From NCBI RefSeq assembly GCF_006345805.1, contig NC_043013.1:17112001-17176000 (forward strand): 64,000 bases of DNA, in the 5' to 3' direction. Position 1 is the first letter of the stretch, and each line of letters begins with the position of its first letter. Positions 1 through 13,198 of the stretch are shown here, one piece after another. The stretch comes from Octopus sinensis. Lineage: Eukaryota. The notes under the pieces are model-generated. The model made no database searches. It was given only the letters and a program-made list of their open reading frames with translations, and was not told the origin of the DNA. The position numbers and the translations under genes are program-made.

Positions 1-34
1 TTGGGCAACAGTTGAAGCCATGGGACTATGCACA

Positions 35-150
35 GTCGATAAATTAAGTACCAGTTACGTACTGGGGTCAATGTAATCGACTTAATCCCTTTGTCTGTCC
101 TTGTTTGTCCCCTCTATGTTTAGCCCCTTGTGGGCAATAAAGAAATAAGA
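35..150 (+). mobile_element. SINE family A, 3' fragment
   Basis: gtcgataaattaagtaccagtt...tgtcccctctatgtttagccccttgtgggcaataaagaaata, matching the 3' half of the full copy at 45194-45425. Confidence 0.85.
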
Positions 151-289
151 AAATAGACATTCAAAGTTGATGATGATGATAATGGACACCTCTGCCAACA
201 ATATAACAACCATGCCCTCATCAAAATAATACTGATACCATAGTGACCAATAACAACACCGTCTTCAGAAGCAAATGAGGAAGACTCTA

Positions 290-462
290 ATGGTTATCTG
301 ACCTGTAAGAAATAACAGCCAACTTCCCCTCAAATCATATCCTGCTATCTAAGACAAGAAAACATTGGATAATGTGGCTGGGTTCCATGTACAACATTTG
401 AAAACAACAGGATGGTCATGTCTAGAAACACCTAAAACTGATCTAAGCTTAAACAACAACAC
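290..462 (+). repeat. Old dispersed repeat family D with (CAA)n tail; other copies at about 1720-1980, 25810-25960 and 57830-58012
   Basis: Shared motifs agaaata(a/g)cagccaa and gatggtcatg, with a taaacaacaac end in most copies. Confidence 0.55.
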
Positions 463-557
463 CACCATTATCAACACTAGTAAGACCACCACAACCATTA
501 ACACCAGCTTTCAGTACCCCCTACCCAATAAACAAACAAAATCTGTGAATCTGACCT

Positions 558-789
558 ATTTCTTTACTACCCACAAGGGGCTAAACACAGAGGGGACAAA
601 CAAGGACAGACAAAGGGATTAAGTTGATCATATCAACCCCAGTGCGTAACTGGTCCTTAATTTATCGACCCCAAAAGGATGAAAGGCAAAGTTGACCTCG
701 GTGGAATTTGAACTCAGAACATAATGGCAGGCAAAATACTGCTAAGCATTTCGCCCAGCGTTCTAACGATTCTGCCAGCTCGCCGCCTT
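558..789 (-). mobile_element. tRNA-derived SINE family A, full length, with 10-bp TSD
   Basis: Minus strand reads ggcggcgagctggcagaa (A-box-like), gagttcaaattcc (B box), gcctttcatcc...ggggtcgataaa body. Flanked by aatctgacct at 548-557 and 790-799. Confidence 0.9.
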
Positions 790-1319
790 AATCTGACCTG
801 TAAGCAACTACTACTACCACCACCAGCACCACTACAACCACCACTGTAACTCTTATCATAATCACAACTACAAGATTACAAGATATGAACAGACATTGAG
901 TATTTGATAGCTCAATAAATGAATAAAAGATAGAAAAAAAAAGAAGCAAACAATCAGAAAAGAGATAGGGAGGATAATGAAAAGAATAAAAACAAAAAAC
1001 AGTCCTTTAATATAAACTGCATATGGAAACATTATATTTTATATTCTGTAATCTGAACCAAGTTTGGAATTCATGGCAACAAGCAGTCTTCACCTCTCCC
1101 GCCCACTGCCTAACCCCTGACATAGTCAACAGATAAGGAATTAGATGATACAACAGTTACAGCTTCAAGCTAATGGTGGGAGGGATGCAGCGGGTGATGA
1201 GGTGTAGTGAGTGTCTGTCCAGGCGGAGGCTTGACTAGCTAGAAATAGCAGCAAGGTTTCTTAGAATCATGTTTTACCAACAGGATGACACTACGAAGGG
1301 GTAATGTAAACCCTACAAA

Positions 1320-1720
1320 GGCATAAGCATGACTGTGATTAAGAAGCTCACTTTGCATCTATGTACTTTTGGGGTCAATCCCTTGCAGGGCACCTTGGGC
1401 AAGTGTCAATTATAGCCCCAGGCTAACCAATGCCTTATGAGGGAATTTGGTAAATTTGTGTGGAAGCCTGTCATTTACATATATATATATACATATATTG
1501 TGTGTGTGTGTGTGTGCCCACTACCACAACTGCTTAACTGGTAATGGTTTGTTTATGTCTCCATAACTTAGCAGTTCAGCAAAAGAGACTGATAGACTAA
1601 ATACCAAACTGAAAAAATAAGTAGTAGGATTGAATTGTTCAACTAAAAATCCTCCCAAATAGTAACCCAGCATGGTTAACAGTCCTGAAAATGGCTGAGA
1701 CAAGTAAAAGGTAGAAGATA
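1320..1720 (+). mobile_element. Degenerate SINE family B (CORE-like)
   Basis: ggcaccttgggcaagtgtc core, internal (TA)(TG) tract, and a ccagcatgg...tgagacaagtaaaag tail as in the younger copies. Confidence 0.7.
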
Positions 1721-2576
1721 GCCTTAAGGTGAAATGGTAAGTCACAGTTGGAATGTCTTTCAGCATAGCTCTGCTTGATCAGGACTAACACACAGCTAAA
1801 CAACAACACTAAGAAATAACAGATAAATCTCCCACAAATCACATCCTAATGTCTTGGATATTTTGGATAAAACAGTCTAAGATATGTTTGAAAAAATTAC
1901 AAGACAAGATGGTCATGATCAGAGCATCATTGATAATTCTTGTTGAACAGTTTTGACCAGGGTTAAACAACAACAAGCATGCGCAACAGCAACACTTATG
2001 TATGAACCAATGGGAGAGCATTTGTGCAATCATTTGACATACTAGAAATAGCAGCCAAAATGCCCTCAAATTAGTTAACTTAGTAGAAGGTCAGGAACCC
2101 TAATATTTGAGATAGTTTTATCAATGTTAAACATAGAGTTGCTATGAGAAATCATCAGAGATTATGGGGCCTAACATTTGTAGTAACTGAATGTTTTAAT
2201 TCCCCCAACTTCCAGAACAATAGTTCTGGAAGGGTTTTCTCAGAAATAAAATCAGAAAGGCTTATATCTAAACTCTAAAGATCATACTGTCCTTACGCAC
2301 CAAGCCAGTTTAAAATTGAAGGTCCTTAGTTTGAATCCAGTGTGGGAACCTTGTATCTTTAATATTTTACTTGTTTTAGTCATTAGAAAGTGGCCATTCT
2401 GGGGCACCAATTTGAGGGGGTTCATCAAACAAATCAATCCCAGCACTTTTTTTAAAGTCTGGTGAAAGGAAAATAAAGTGACTAAAATATAGCTATTGCC
2501 ACCAAATCCAACTCAAGGTTTTACAAGAATGACTTAAAGCTGATGAAATAAAATAGGTATAAATTTATTTATTACA

Positions 2577-2975
2577 CTAGCAGTATCGCCCGGCGTTGCT
2601 CGGGTTTGTAAGGGAAATATCTATATAAGCATTTTTAGAGAGTTATAGCCAAAAAATAGCAAGAAAAATGCATTAAAAATGGAAAAAAAATTATGGTAAA
2701 TTTTTTTTTAAATCGTTGACTCATCGTAGACATTTTTAGAGAGTTACTTCCCTTATATAATAGCGAAAAAATGCATTAAAACGGAAAAAAATTATGGTAA
2801 ATTTTTTTTTAAATCGTAGACTCATCGTAGACGCACGCTAATACCCAGAAGGGCTCAATATGAATCACGACTATAAGATACCCGGTTTTGGTTAAACTGC
2901 ACCGCAAAATGTGGGAGTAGTTAGGAATCCAAATCGTAGGAGACAGACACACAACTTGACTTTTATATATAAAGA
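2577..2975 (-). mobile_element. Non-autonomous Helitron
   Basis: Minus strand starts TC(tttatatataaaa) and ends with hairpin cccg-agcaacgc-cggg followed by CTAG. Inserted between A and T, no TSD. Internal ~100 bp tandem duplication (2630-2831). Confidence 0.85.
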
Positions 2976-4829
2976 TGTAGCATACACAGGGAATGTAGGT
3001 TAGGGAGTGGGCAGGGGCAGGGTGTGTGGAATGAATGCTACAATCAAAGATGTGATTAATCAACACATTTAAGAATGCTGGCATGGTCACGAGGTGAATA
3101 AGTTACAGTCACATACTTCTTGATTCAGTACTACCTCATGGTACTTTGGGTTAACCAAGCCCTCCTGAATAGAATTTGGTAGATAAAAACTGTGTGCAAG
3201 TTCACCACACACAAGCATGAACATATATATATATATATATATATATCAGCAAAGAATGCCTAAACAAAATCAGTGCAGAAAACAAAAGTACCGGTCCCTA
3301 TTTAGTACCATAACATCAAAGACAACTTTGCCAGTCATCTTTAACAGATATTGGAGTGAAGGAATGATATAATCAACTGAAAACTTTGTAAGCAGTTCCC
3401 CAGCATAGCCACAATCCAATGACAAAGAATTTTAAAAATTGAAAGAGAACCTTATTTTAATAAACTAGAGGGGTTTTTTCGTTTTTTTTTTTACTTGCTT
3501 GCTTTTAAATTCTATTGCCAAGTTGGAATAATTTAGTTTCACTTCTTTCCTGAAGCAAAAGTGCTTCTGACATACTTCAGAGGTCACTTCCTGTTTTGAA
3601 AATAAAATACAAAAGAAATTGGTGGAAGCTGTACTCTATTGTTTGACAATGCACAACAGCGATACATCCTGGAGTTGTTTTAGGATATCTGGGATCATGA
3701 AGTCACTGGATGGACAGAAAAGAGACACACAGTCACAAAATGCCAACCAATTTAACAATAAAACATTCTTCTCCACCTCAGCATAAAACATTAAGGAAAG
3801 GATGAGATATAGTTTAACCTTCTGAGTTCTAATCTCATTAAGGTCAGTTTTACCATGTGGCCGGGGAAACAAACTACTTAGCAGATAGCCATGCCTGCAC
3901 CTATACTTGTTCACAACCATCACATGATGTTTAGACAAGGAAGCATGCACACACACACACACACACACACATACATACATACAACAGGCTTCTTCAACAG
4001 AAGAGGATGGAGACGCAGAGGAAAAAAACAAACGTTTATAGGCTGAGGGGAGAGAGGAAAGAATGGCAATGAGATTTCCTGAGTATAAGAGTAAAAAGCT
4101 CTATTTGAAACGGTTAGGTGGCAACTGTTAAGTTGGTTTAGTGAGAAATTGTTTATTTATCTGATATTATAATGAGTGCAGTCAAGCATGTCTGTAAATG
4201 TGGATGAACTGCTTTCCTCATTTACAGTCCGATGATGGCTGCTAAGCCAAAACTTCAAAGCCGCTCTCAACATTTTCCTTGTTAAAATAAATATGTTACT
4301 CAACTGTAACATTGAATAATCCTTGAATTTAATGCTTGTTTTTATATTTAACCAGCAGCTAAGCCCAGTTTCACCCAGTCTGTTTGGATGATGTGGCTGT
4401 GATCGTTTTCGGTTAGGCACAGCGTTTGTCAACCTTATCATTTCGGGTCCCCTGTTTCGATTGAAGCCTCCAGCTATGTGAAAATTTCCTGACCCCACCC
4501 CATCAGAAAACAGCTTCTAAGCAACTGGTTGTTTTTAATGGCAGAAGAAAGAGGTAAATTCCATTAGAAAATGTTTTAATCGATTTTTTTAGGTAAGTAT
4601 GGGGGTTAGGAAAAAAATACAAACTGCATTCCAATCTATGCATCTGTCTCCATATGTGTGCCATTTTTCATGCGAATCCACCCAGCTGTTTGGCTGTGAA
4701 CCTCAAGACAAGAAAGAATATAACGATCGCCCACGTCCAATTTATATTATAGACTATACATATATATACACACACACACACACACACATGTAGTTGAGCT
4801 TAGTTCTCACAACTCTTTCCTTTGTTCTC

Positions 4830-4891
<62 letters not shown>

Positions 4892-5379
4892 ATGGTAAGT
4901 ACAGAAATGACTCAAATCTAGCTCATATGTTAAAAAGGAATTTTAAAGTAGAGGAGGAGAAGGCATGTCTGAGAGGGAGAGAGAGAGGGAGAGAGAGAGC
5001 ATGTGCGTGAGTGAACATGTATATGCATGAGAAAGCATGGGTTCCTGAGAGGGGTTGTGTGAATGTGTGCCTGTATGCATGTTAATCATTAACAAGGCTT
5101 TTGATGTGTTTTTTCTTTTTGTAAATATTAAACCAAATCTCTCTCCAAATGGGTTTAAAACTTTGACAAGAAGTGGTGCTTTTACTGATGAACGCTTCAA
5201 TAATGTACAATCTGGTTAAGTTTAATACTGAATAACTAAATAACATAAGGTCTGCTAGCTTAGTTAGAAATCAATATGGAGGTAAGGCTAATCAATAAAC
5301 ATGAATTAGCAGGAAGTGTTAGGCTAAATATGTAGACATTATACCACTTAGTTTTACCTCATTACATGTTTCTTTTTTA

Positions 5380-5789
5380 CAGCGGTTGATTGTCAGATGT
5401 GTTAGATGTTTCAACTGTTTGCATTTTGAGTTCAAACCCTGCCAAGGTCAGCTTTGCCTTTCATCCTTTCAGGTTCGATTAAAAAAATAACAGACAAGTA
5501 CCAAAGATTGAGTTAGTGAACTTTGTCCTCTCTCCACAAAAGTGCTGGCCTTGTGCCAAAATTAGTAAGAATTATTATTATTATCATTATTATTATTACT
5601 CCGTAGCCATATTTCGTCTGCTGTTACGTTCTGAGTTCAAATTCCGCTGAGGTCGACTTTGCCTTTCATCCTTTCGGGGTCGATAAATTAAGTACCAGTT
5701 ACGCACTGGGGTCGATGTAAAGGACTTAATTTGTTTGTCTGTCCTTGTTTGTCCCCTCTATGTTTAGCCCCTTGTGGGTAATAAAGAAA

Positions 5790-5822
<33 letters not shown>

Positions 5823-6039
5823 GGCAGGAAGGTGGCAGAATTGTTTGTATGCTGGGCAAAAAGGTCAATAGCATTTTGTTCATGTCATTCTGAGTTCAAA
5901 TTCCAGAGATTGACTTTGCCTTTCATCCTTTAGGGGTCGAAGAAAATAAGTACAAGTTGAGCACTGGGGTCATTGTAATCAAATAGCCCCTCCCCACAAA
6001 ATTTCAGACTTTGTATCTATATTAGAAAGATTATCATTA

Positions 6040-6078
<39 letters not shown>

Positions 6079-7560
6079 ACTTTAGCATTTAAACCAGTCA
6101 TAACTGGCCCTAATATTCTACCTGTTTTGTGATCAAACCATCTAGATCTGGTCTCTCACACCTGTACAATGTCATTTTCAAAATAAACAATCATGTCGTT
6201 GAAATCTCAAAACTCCAAGACAATATATGATTAATTCAAAACGATTCCTTACATTTAACAGAATAATCTGAATGCTAAAAGAGTGGCCAGTAGGCTAATC
6301 ATTAGAACCTCAGAGAAAAAAAATGCGTAATGGCATTTCTTTCAACTTCTCACTTTCAAGTACCACTGAGGCCAACTTTGCCTTTCAACCTTATGGGTTC
6401 AATAAGATGAAGTACCAGCTAAGTACGGGGGTCAATATAACCCACTAACTCCCTCACCTTAAAATTGTGCTAAAATTTGAAAGAATTATCATTATTATTT
6501 ATTATTATTATTATTATTATTATTTGGCTTTACATTCTGAGTTCAAACTCCACCGAGGTCAACTTTGCCTTTCATCCTTTCGGGGTCGATAAATTAAGTA
6601 CCAGTTGCGTACTGAGGTCTATCTAATCGACTGGAATCCTCCTCTAAAATTTTGGGTCTTGTGCCTAGAGTAGAAAAGATTATTATTATTATTGTTATTA
6701 TTTGGACAGAGGATTGGCAAAATTCTAAAGATGTCATAAAGAATATATCATGGTATTTGCTCCAGCTCTTTATGTTCTGTGTTCAAACTCCACTTTGCCT
6801 ATTATCCCCCCAGGGTCGATGAAATATATATTTCTTTACTACCCACAAGGGGCTAAACATAGAGGGGACAAACAAGGACAGACAAAGGGATTAAGTCGAT
6901 TACATCAACCTAGTGCGAAACTGGTACTTAATTTATCGACCCCGAAAGGATGAAAGGCAAAGTCTACCTCGGCGGAATTTGAACTCAGAACGTAACGACA
7001 GGCGAAATACCACTAAGCATTTCGCCCGGCGCGCTAACGTTTCTGCCAGCTCACCAGGGTCGATGAAATATAATACCAGTCTAGTATTAGAAATGATGGA
7101 TGGCATCAGCTAAATCTCCACTCAAAACCGTTGGCTTGAGCCTAAATTAGAAAACAGTTTTAGTATTATCGTTATTACTACTACTACTACACCAAAGAGG
7201 CAAGCCGGGAGAATCATTAGCATGCCAGGCAAGACGGTTAGTGTCATTTTATCTATCTTCATGTTCTGAGTTCAAACGCCACCAACGTTGACTACTTTGC
7301 CTTTCATCCTTTCAGGATCGATAAAGTAAGTACCAGTTGTGCACAGGAGTTGATGTAATCGACTTAACCCTTCCCCCAAACTCGCTGGGTTTGTGCCAAA
7401 ATTTGAAGCCATTAATATTATTATTACAATCCTTTCTACAATAGGCACAAGCCCTGAAATTTTGGGGGAGGAGACTAGTCAATTACATCAACCCCAGTGC
7501 TTCACTGATACATATTTTCCCTTTCAGGGTTGATAAAATAAGGGAACACATGTCTGCAGA
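5380..7560. mobile_element. Cluster of roughly ten SINE family A copies and fragments separated by (TTA)n
   Basis: Repeated gagttcaaa / tttgcctttcatcctt / agtaccag motifs at about 5430, 5635, 5893, 6375, 6540, 6780, 7268, plus minus-strand copies. Confidence 0.85.
6829..7053 (-). mobile_element. Young SINE A nested in an older SINE A, ~19-bp TSD
   Basis: ccagggtcgatgaaatata at 6810-6828 and 7054-7072 flanks a near-consensus minus-strand copy. Confidence 0.9.
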
Positions 7561-7689
7561 ATATTCAGCCACTTACATATTAATTCAGGAGCAGGTAATT
7601 CAGTTGATCAAACAACTGAAGCCTTATCATTAAACAAGGAAGATTATTATATATATATATATAGATATATATATATATATATATATATT

Positions 7690-8035
7690 ATAAAATGAGA
7701 TAGGGGTTGAAAATTCAACCCACCATGGGATAACATATATCCAATATACTGCTAGAGAGGTACCCAACAAGACTAATACATAAATGTTAAAAATTGCCAA
7801 GCAATTAGTCCATCTACTGTATTATATGGGCAAAGGTAAAAATATTACCGTAAATTAATTCTATGATATAATTACATATTATATTTTATATTTCTATTTC
7901 CTTGTCTAATTATATTTACAGTATATTTTGTATAATGCCTTTACTGTTACGTAATGGTGTAATAAAGTATTGATTGGGTATCATCTGTTGGTTGATGTTT
8001 GATTGATTTAAGTATGTTTCTCCATTTTCTAATTT

Positions 8036-8072
<37 letters not shown>

Positions 8073-8550
8073 CAAATAAGAAAATGGAGAAACAAATTTA
8101 GTTTGTTCATCAACTTTCAGATATTAGAATGTTGGATTATTTATTCATTTAACAAAATGAGAACCTTAAAAGCATACATATATATCTTATAATTCAATAC
8201 ATATAAGATAAGAATACAAATTATAAAAATCGTAATATATGAATAAATAATTCAACATTCTAATATCCAAAAGTTGACGAACAAACTGAATTAGTTTCTC
8301 CATTTTCTTATTTGTATTATATAAATTTACGGTAAAAATATTTCTTTACCTTCACCCGTTTAATACAATAAATGAGTTAATTGCATTGCAATTAAAAACA
8401 TTTATGTATTAAGAATCTGGGTACTTTACCAACAGTATATTGGATAAATACTATCCCTTAGTGGGTTACACCCATAATCCCTAACTTTATAAATTTAACC
8501 TTTAAAGGTATTTTTTAATATGCTGGCCATTGATAAAATTTTATCCTATA
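7690..8550. repeat. TA-flanked nested inverted-repeat element (family E); related pieces at about 21190-21400 and 52550-52830
   Basis: 7700-7857 is an imperfect reverse complement of 8323-8490, and 8066-8150 of 8241-8322. The aataagaaaatggag motif recurs in both related pieces; gggataacatatatccaatatac recurs at 52760-52790 (minus). Confidence 0.7.
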
Positions 8551-9374
8551 TTAGATATATATATATATTGAAAACAGAAATTTTATGTTGGTAAAAGTAT
8601 ATTTAAATAAAATATATACGTAGTTGACCAGTTTTACTTAAGCTATTCCTGACTAAGTAGTTAGTGATAATATAATTTCATACTATCATAAGATATCTTT
8701 TATGTTGATAGGAGATTTGATAACCAGTACAAAGATCTCAAATTCCCTGTCAGTACTTCTGACTACATGCATGTTGTTGTTTTAGTTGAGTGCGTGTGCT
8801 TTGTTTATTTGTGCATCTGCATGTCCTGGTTATTTGCGTATATATCTATTAGTTTTCTGTTATATATGCATGTTGCATGTGCATGTGTGCATGCATTTGT
8901 GTGCACTTCAGTTGCTTGTGTATACGTGATTACAACTTTTAATTAATAAATTTTGCTATTAAAAAAAAGTCCGGTCTATAAAAATAGCTCCAGACAGTGG
9001 GTTGCGTGTATGTGAGGTCAAATTAGCTAATTAATGGGAGTGTCACAAACTATGTTACATTTATTACATAAGTGGTTAGTCACCACCAACATATCCTTCT
9101 CCCTTCTCATCTAAACTGATGCCCACTTCACTGCATTCATAACTGGCGCTGCCATCACCACATCACACGGGTTACGTGAAGAGGACCCTAAACGTACTCT
9201 ATACTAAATGGAATTGCACTTTTCAACGTCACATCACACTGATATGATGACGACAATGGTGGTGGTGGTGGTGGTAGAGGCTATGGTGTTGGTGGTGGTT
9301 GTGGTGGTGATGATAACGATCATGATAATGACAATGATACTAATGATGCAACTTTTCAATACAGGGACATTACA

Positions 9375-10003
9375 ATCATCATCATCGTTTAACATCCGCT
9401 TTCCATGCTAGCATGGGTTAGACAATTTGACTGAGGGCTGGCGAACCAGATGGCTGCACCAGGCTCCAATCTTGATCTAGCAGAGTTTCTACAGCTGGAT
9501 ACCCTTCCTAACGCCAACCACTCCATGAGTGTAGTTGGTGCTTTTACATGCCACCGGCACGGGGCTAGTCAGCGGGTACTGGCAACGATCTCACTCAAAT
9601 CTTTTACACATGCCACCGGCACAGGTGCCAGTAAGGCGGTGCTGGTAACGATCACGCACAAATGGTGTCTTTTACGTGCCACCAGCATGGAGGCCAGATA
9701 GCCGCTCTGGCAATGATCATGCTTGGATGGTGCTCTTAATACCCTACTAGCACGGGGTTCGAGTGCCATATCTATTATAACATCTTACATGGTTTGCAAA
9801 TTCCCTATTATTTTTAATGCCGGTGGCATGTAAAAAGCACCCACTACACTCACGGAGTGGTTGGCATTAGGAAGGGCATCCAGCTGTAGAAACACTGCCA
9901 GATCAAACTGGAGCCTGGTGCAGCCATCTGGCTTCCCAGACCCCAGTCAAACCGTCAAACCCGTGCTAGCATGGAAAACGGACGTTAAACGATGATGATG
10001 ATG
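9375..10003. mobile_element. Inverted pair of RTE 3'-UTR fragments (family C)
   Basis: Minus copy 9375-9770 and plus copy 9815-10003. Both carry (g)gaagggc/tatccagctgtagaaa...gctagcatggaaa...gttaaacgatgatgatg with a (GAT)n tail. Confidence 0.85.
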
Positions 10004-10936
10004 ACTACTTTATTTCTATTTAAGCATAGTGTATCCTTCCCATGTTAAGATAGTGTCGTATGAATTAGGGAGAGTTGACCCTACTTTATCTGACTAAGTA
10101 ACCACTATTGAGCCAGCTTGATATAGCAATCAAATCTCCCTCTATAAATTTCATAGAGTTTCTAAAATAGTGACCACAAGAGCTAGAATGTCATTTTAGT
10201 TGCCATAGAAACTCACCAGTTTTTAAAAGTTACTAAATGAACAAGAGAGAAGATATATCATTTAATATCCATGTCCCATGCAGGCATGGGTTGGACAGTT
10301 TGATAGGATCCAACAGGTCTGAAGACTGCACTGTATTCCAATGTCTGCTCTGTCATGCTTTCTACAGCTGGATGTCCTTCCTAATGCCAACCACTTTATA
10401 TGTACTAGAGGCATTTTTACATAGCACAAGCACTAGTGAGATTGCCATGCATCTTGCAAGACTCAAGATTCTCTTCCACTGAGTGGAACTACAGCAGAAG
10501 GGGAGATGTTTTTATGTTAGGCAATAAAGGGATAAAATATAAGAGAAGGGGCTAGAACAGAACAGATTTCTTGCTGTTTGGGGTGACCAGGGGTGGGTGT
10601 AAAGATGGAAAGGTGAAAATAGAGGTGATGAGATGTCAGGGTGACCCCTCAAGATACAAGGTGAGTAGAAGGGGGACAGAAGAACAGAAAGTGTGAATAG
10701 ATAGAGGATGTGAGTGTATGAGAGAGTAACAGATAGGGAATGAGTTAGAGGGTGAATATGATGAAGAGCAAGTGTTAAGGGATGATAAATAGGGAAAGGT
10801 AGGGCACAGTAGGGTGCAACTGTAGAAGTTGAGTAGTGTTGAGAGGTGGATGTAATAAATGATGGCTATGGGGTAGGGCAACCAATGAAGATGAGTTACT
10901 TGGGGAAAGAGTAGGAAATAAGTGACAATGAAGGAA

Positions 10937-11147
10937 TACTCTTTTACTTGTTTCAGTCATTTGACTGCGGCCATGCTGGAGCACCGCCTTTAATCGAGCA
11001 ACCCCAGGACTTATTCTTTTGTAAGTCCAGTACTTATTCTATCGGTCTCTTTTGTTGAACCGCTAAGTAACGGGGACATAAACACACCAGCATCAGTTGT
11101 CAAGCAATGCTAGGGGGACAAACACAGACACACAAACACACACACGC

Positions 11148-11182
<35 letters not shown>

Positions 11183-11405
11183 CATACATACATATATACA
11201 TACATACATATATACATACATACATATATATATACATACATATACATATATACGATGGGCTTCTTTCAGTTCTCGTCTACCAAATCCACTCACAAGGCTT
11301 TGGTCGGCCCGAGGCTATAGTAGAAGACACTTGCCCAAGGTGCCGCGCAGTGGGACTGAATCCAGAACCATGTGGTTGGTAAACAAGCTACTTACCACAC
11401 AGCCA
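10937..11405 (-). mobile_element. SINE family B (tRNA head, CORE-like domain, internal microsatellite)
   Basis: Minus strand: gtggctgtgtggtaag...gttcagtcccactgcgcggcaccttgggcaagtgtc...ccagcatggccgcagtcaaatgactgaaacaagtaaaagagta. Confidence 0.9.
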
Positions 11406-11965
11406 CGAAGATCCTGTGTGCCTTCATGTGAAACTCAGAGTGGCAAGAAGCTGACCAAAATAAAATATTAGTAATCTCTACAAAGGTATTGGGTGCTCTC
11501 CCTACCCCAAAAGTTAATGCTAAATGGTATGGGTATGTTTATAAGTTGTCAGACCGTCATGACATAGTAGATAAAACTTCCTCATATTGCTCCCTACTGT
11601 GTAATAAAAAGATACACTGAATAGTGTAGACCATATTGATAAAAACAATGGGATGGTCACAGTTGGATTGAATTTGATCATAACTTCCGATTGCTTTATA
11701 GATAAGGGCTGAGAGGGACTAAACAGCAATACAGTTGAAATGGTCAGCCCTCCCTAATCTTGGGTTCACGTTGAGGTCAATCACAAGCTGTTTCCCCTTC
11801 CTACACAGTCAGAGAGGGCAATCCCCAGTGGGGGTGGAGTAGGTTGCGAAGAGGGGTAAAGGTAGTTGTTAGTGACCATGATGGTGGTGATGTGAAGGGT
11901 GGCAATAGGGGTGATTATAGTAATAGGGAAAATATAACTGCTGTCAGTATTCTAGCAGCAGCAGC

Positions 11966-12014
<49 letters not shown>

Positions 12015-13035
12015 AAAACAGTAGCAGTCTGAAAAGGTTTGCCATTCATAATCTCGCTGCCAGTCAAATAATCAGACACCGAGAAAAGAGTGACGAGAGA
12101 GACGTACAAAGAGAGTGAGAGACACACAAAAAAAAAAAAACTCATTGCTAGATGTGATGGTGATGCTAGTAGCAGCGAGCTATTACTAGATCGACTGCCT
12201 TTATTTACACCATTGCTCTCTATATACATATATATTACATACACACACACACACACACACACTGTGCGTATGAGAGAGAGAGAGCGTGTGTGTGTTTGTA
12301 TGTGATTGTGTACCGCAATGTAAAGATTATCGATCTTGAAGTAATGAATGGGCAACGATTCCATTCCAACTCTTTCCTTGCTTCCCCCCGCTGTCTTTAG
12401 ATTAGCGGTGTTGTGTTTTATTGCAGTTGTTTGTTATGACTAAGAAGAGACAGAAACATTCATCTGAACGTTACATTCGTCGCTGACCCAAGAATCTCAA
12501 GAAAATATCAAATCAAGCAATGCTAATCTTGGCCTCTCATAAATCTGTCTAGGGGCCTATTTAATCGAGGCCTTTAAATACGTCTAGACAGCTAGACGTA
12601 TATAATATTTCGGTTTACACTGAGAGAAAATAATAGGCTGGTCACCATCCTGAATGTAGGCTAACCCGGAGTTAAATAACAACAATATTTACCTATGTTA
12701 TATAACTCAATCTTGCTCCTTCTGTTTACATCTATCCATTGATATATACCCGATGTAATGCGCAGGGGTAGGCATGCAAGCACTTTGATATACATGTAAG
12801 AGTGCAAGTGTAGGCGTGCACTGATGTACTTTAATAGCACTGTGTGTGTATGTGTGGTACAGAATTGTACACAATCGTACAAAAGTACGTTTCATACATA
12901 TATATATACATTTATATATATATATACATTTATATACATATACATATATATATATATACATATATACATATATATATTATATATATATATATCCATATAC
13001 ATTATATATATATATATATATATATACATATATAC

Positions 13036-13067
<32 letters not shown>

Positions 13068-13155
13068 ATATATACATATAATATATATACATATATATAC
13101 ATAATATATATATATACATATACATATATATATACATATACATATATATACACAC

Positions 13156-13187
<32 letters not shown>

Positions 13188-13198
13188 ATATATATATA

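Noticed and set aside
1238-1256. gctagaaatagca, resembling the Cas9 sgRNA scaffold
   Set aside because: Short chance match within the endogenous family D motif; no scaffold remainder or cas genes, eukaryotic context.
4157-4498. 113-aa minus-strand ORF and nearby ag/gtaagt donor-like site at about 4592
   Set aside because: No recognisable domain and no supporting exon structure.
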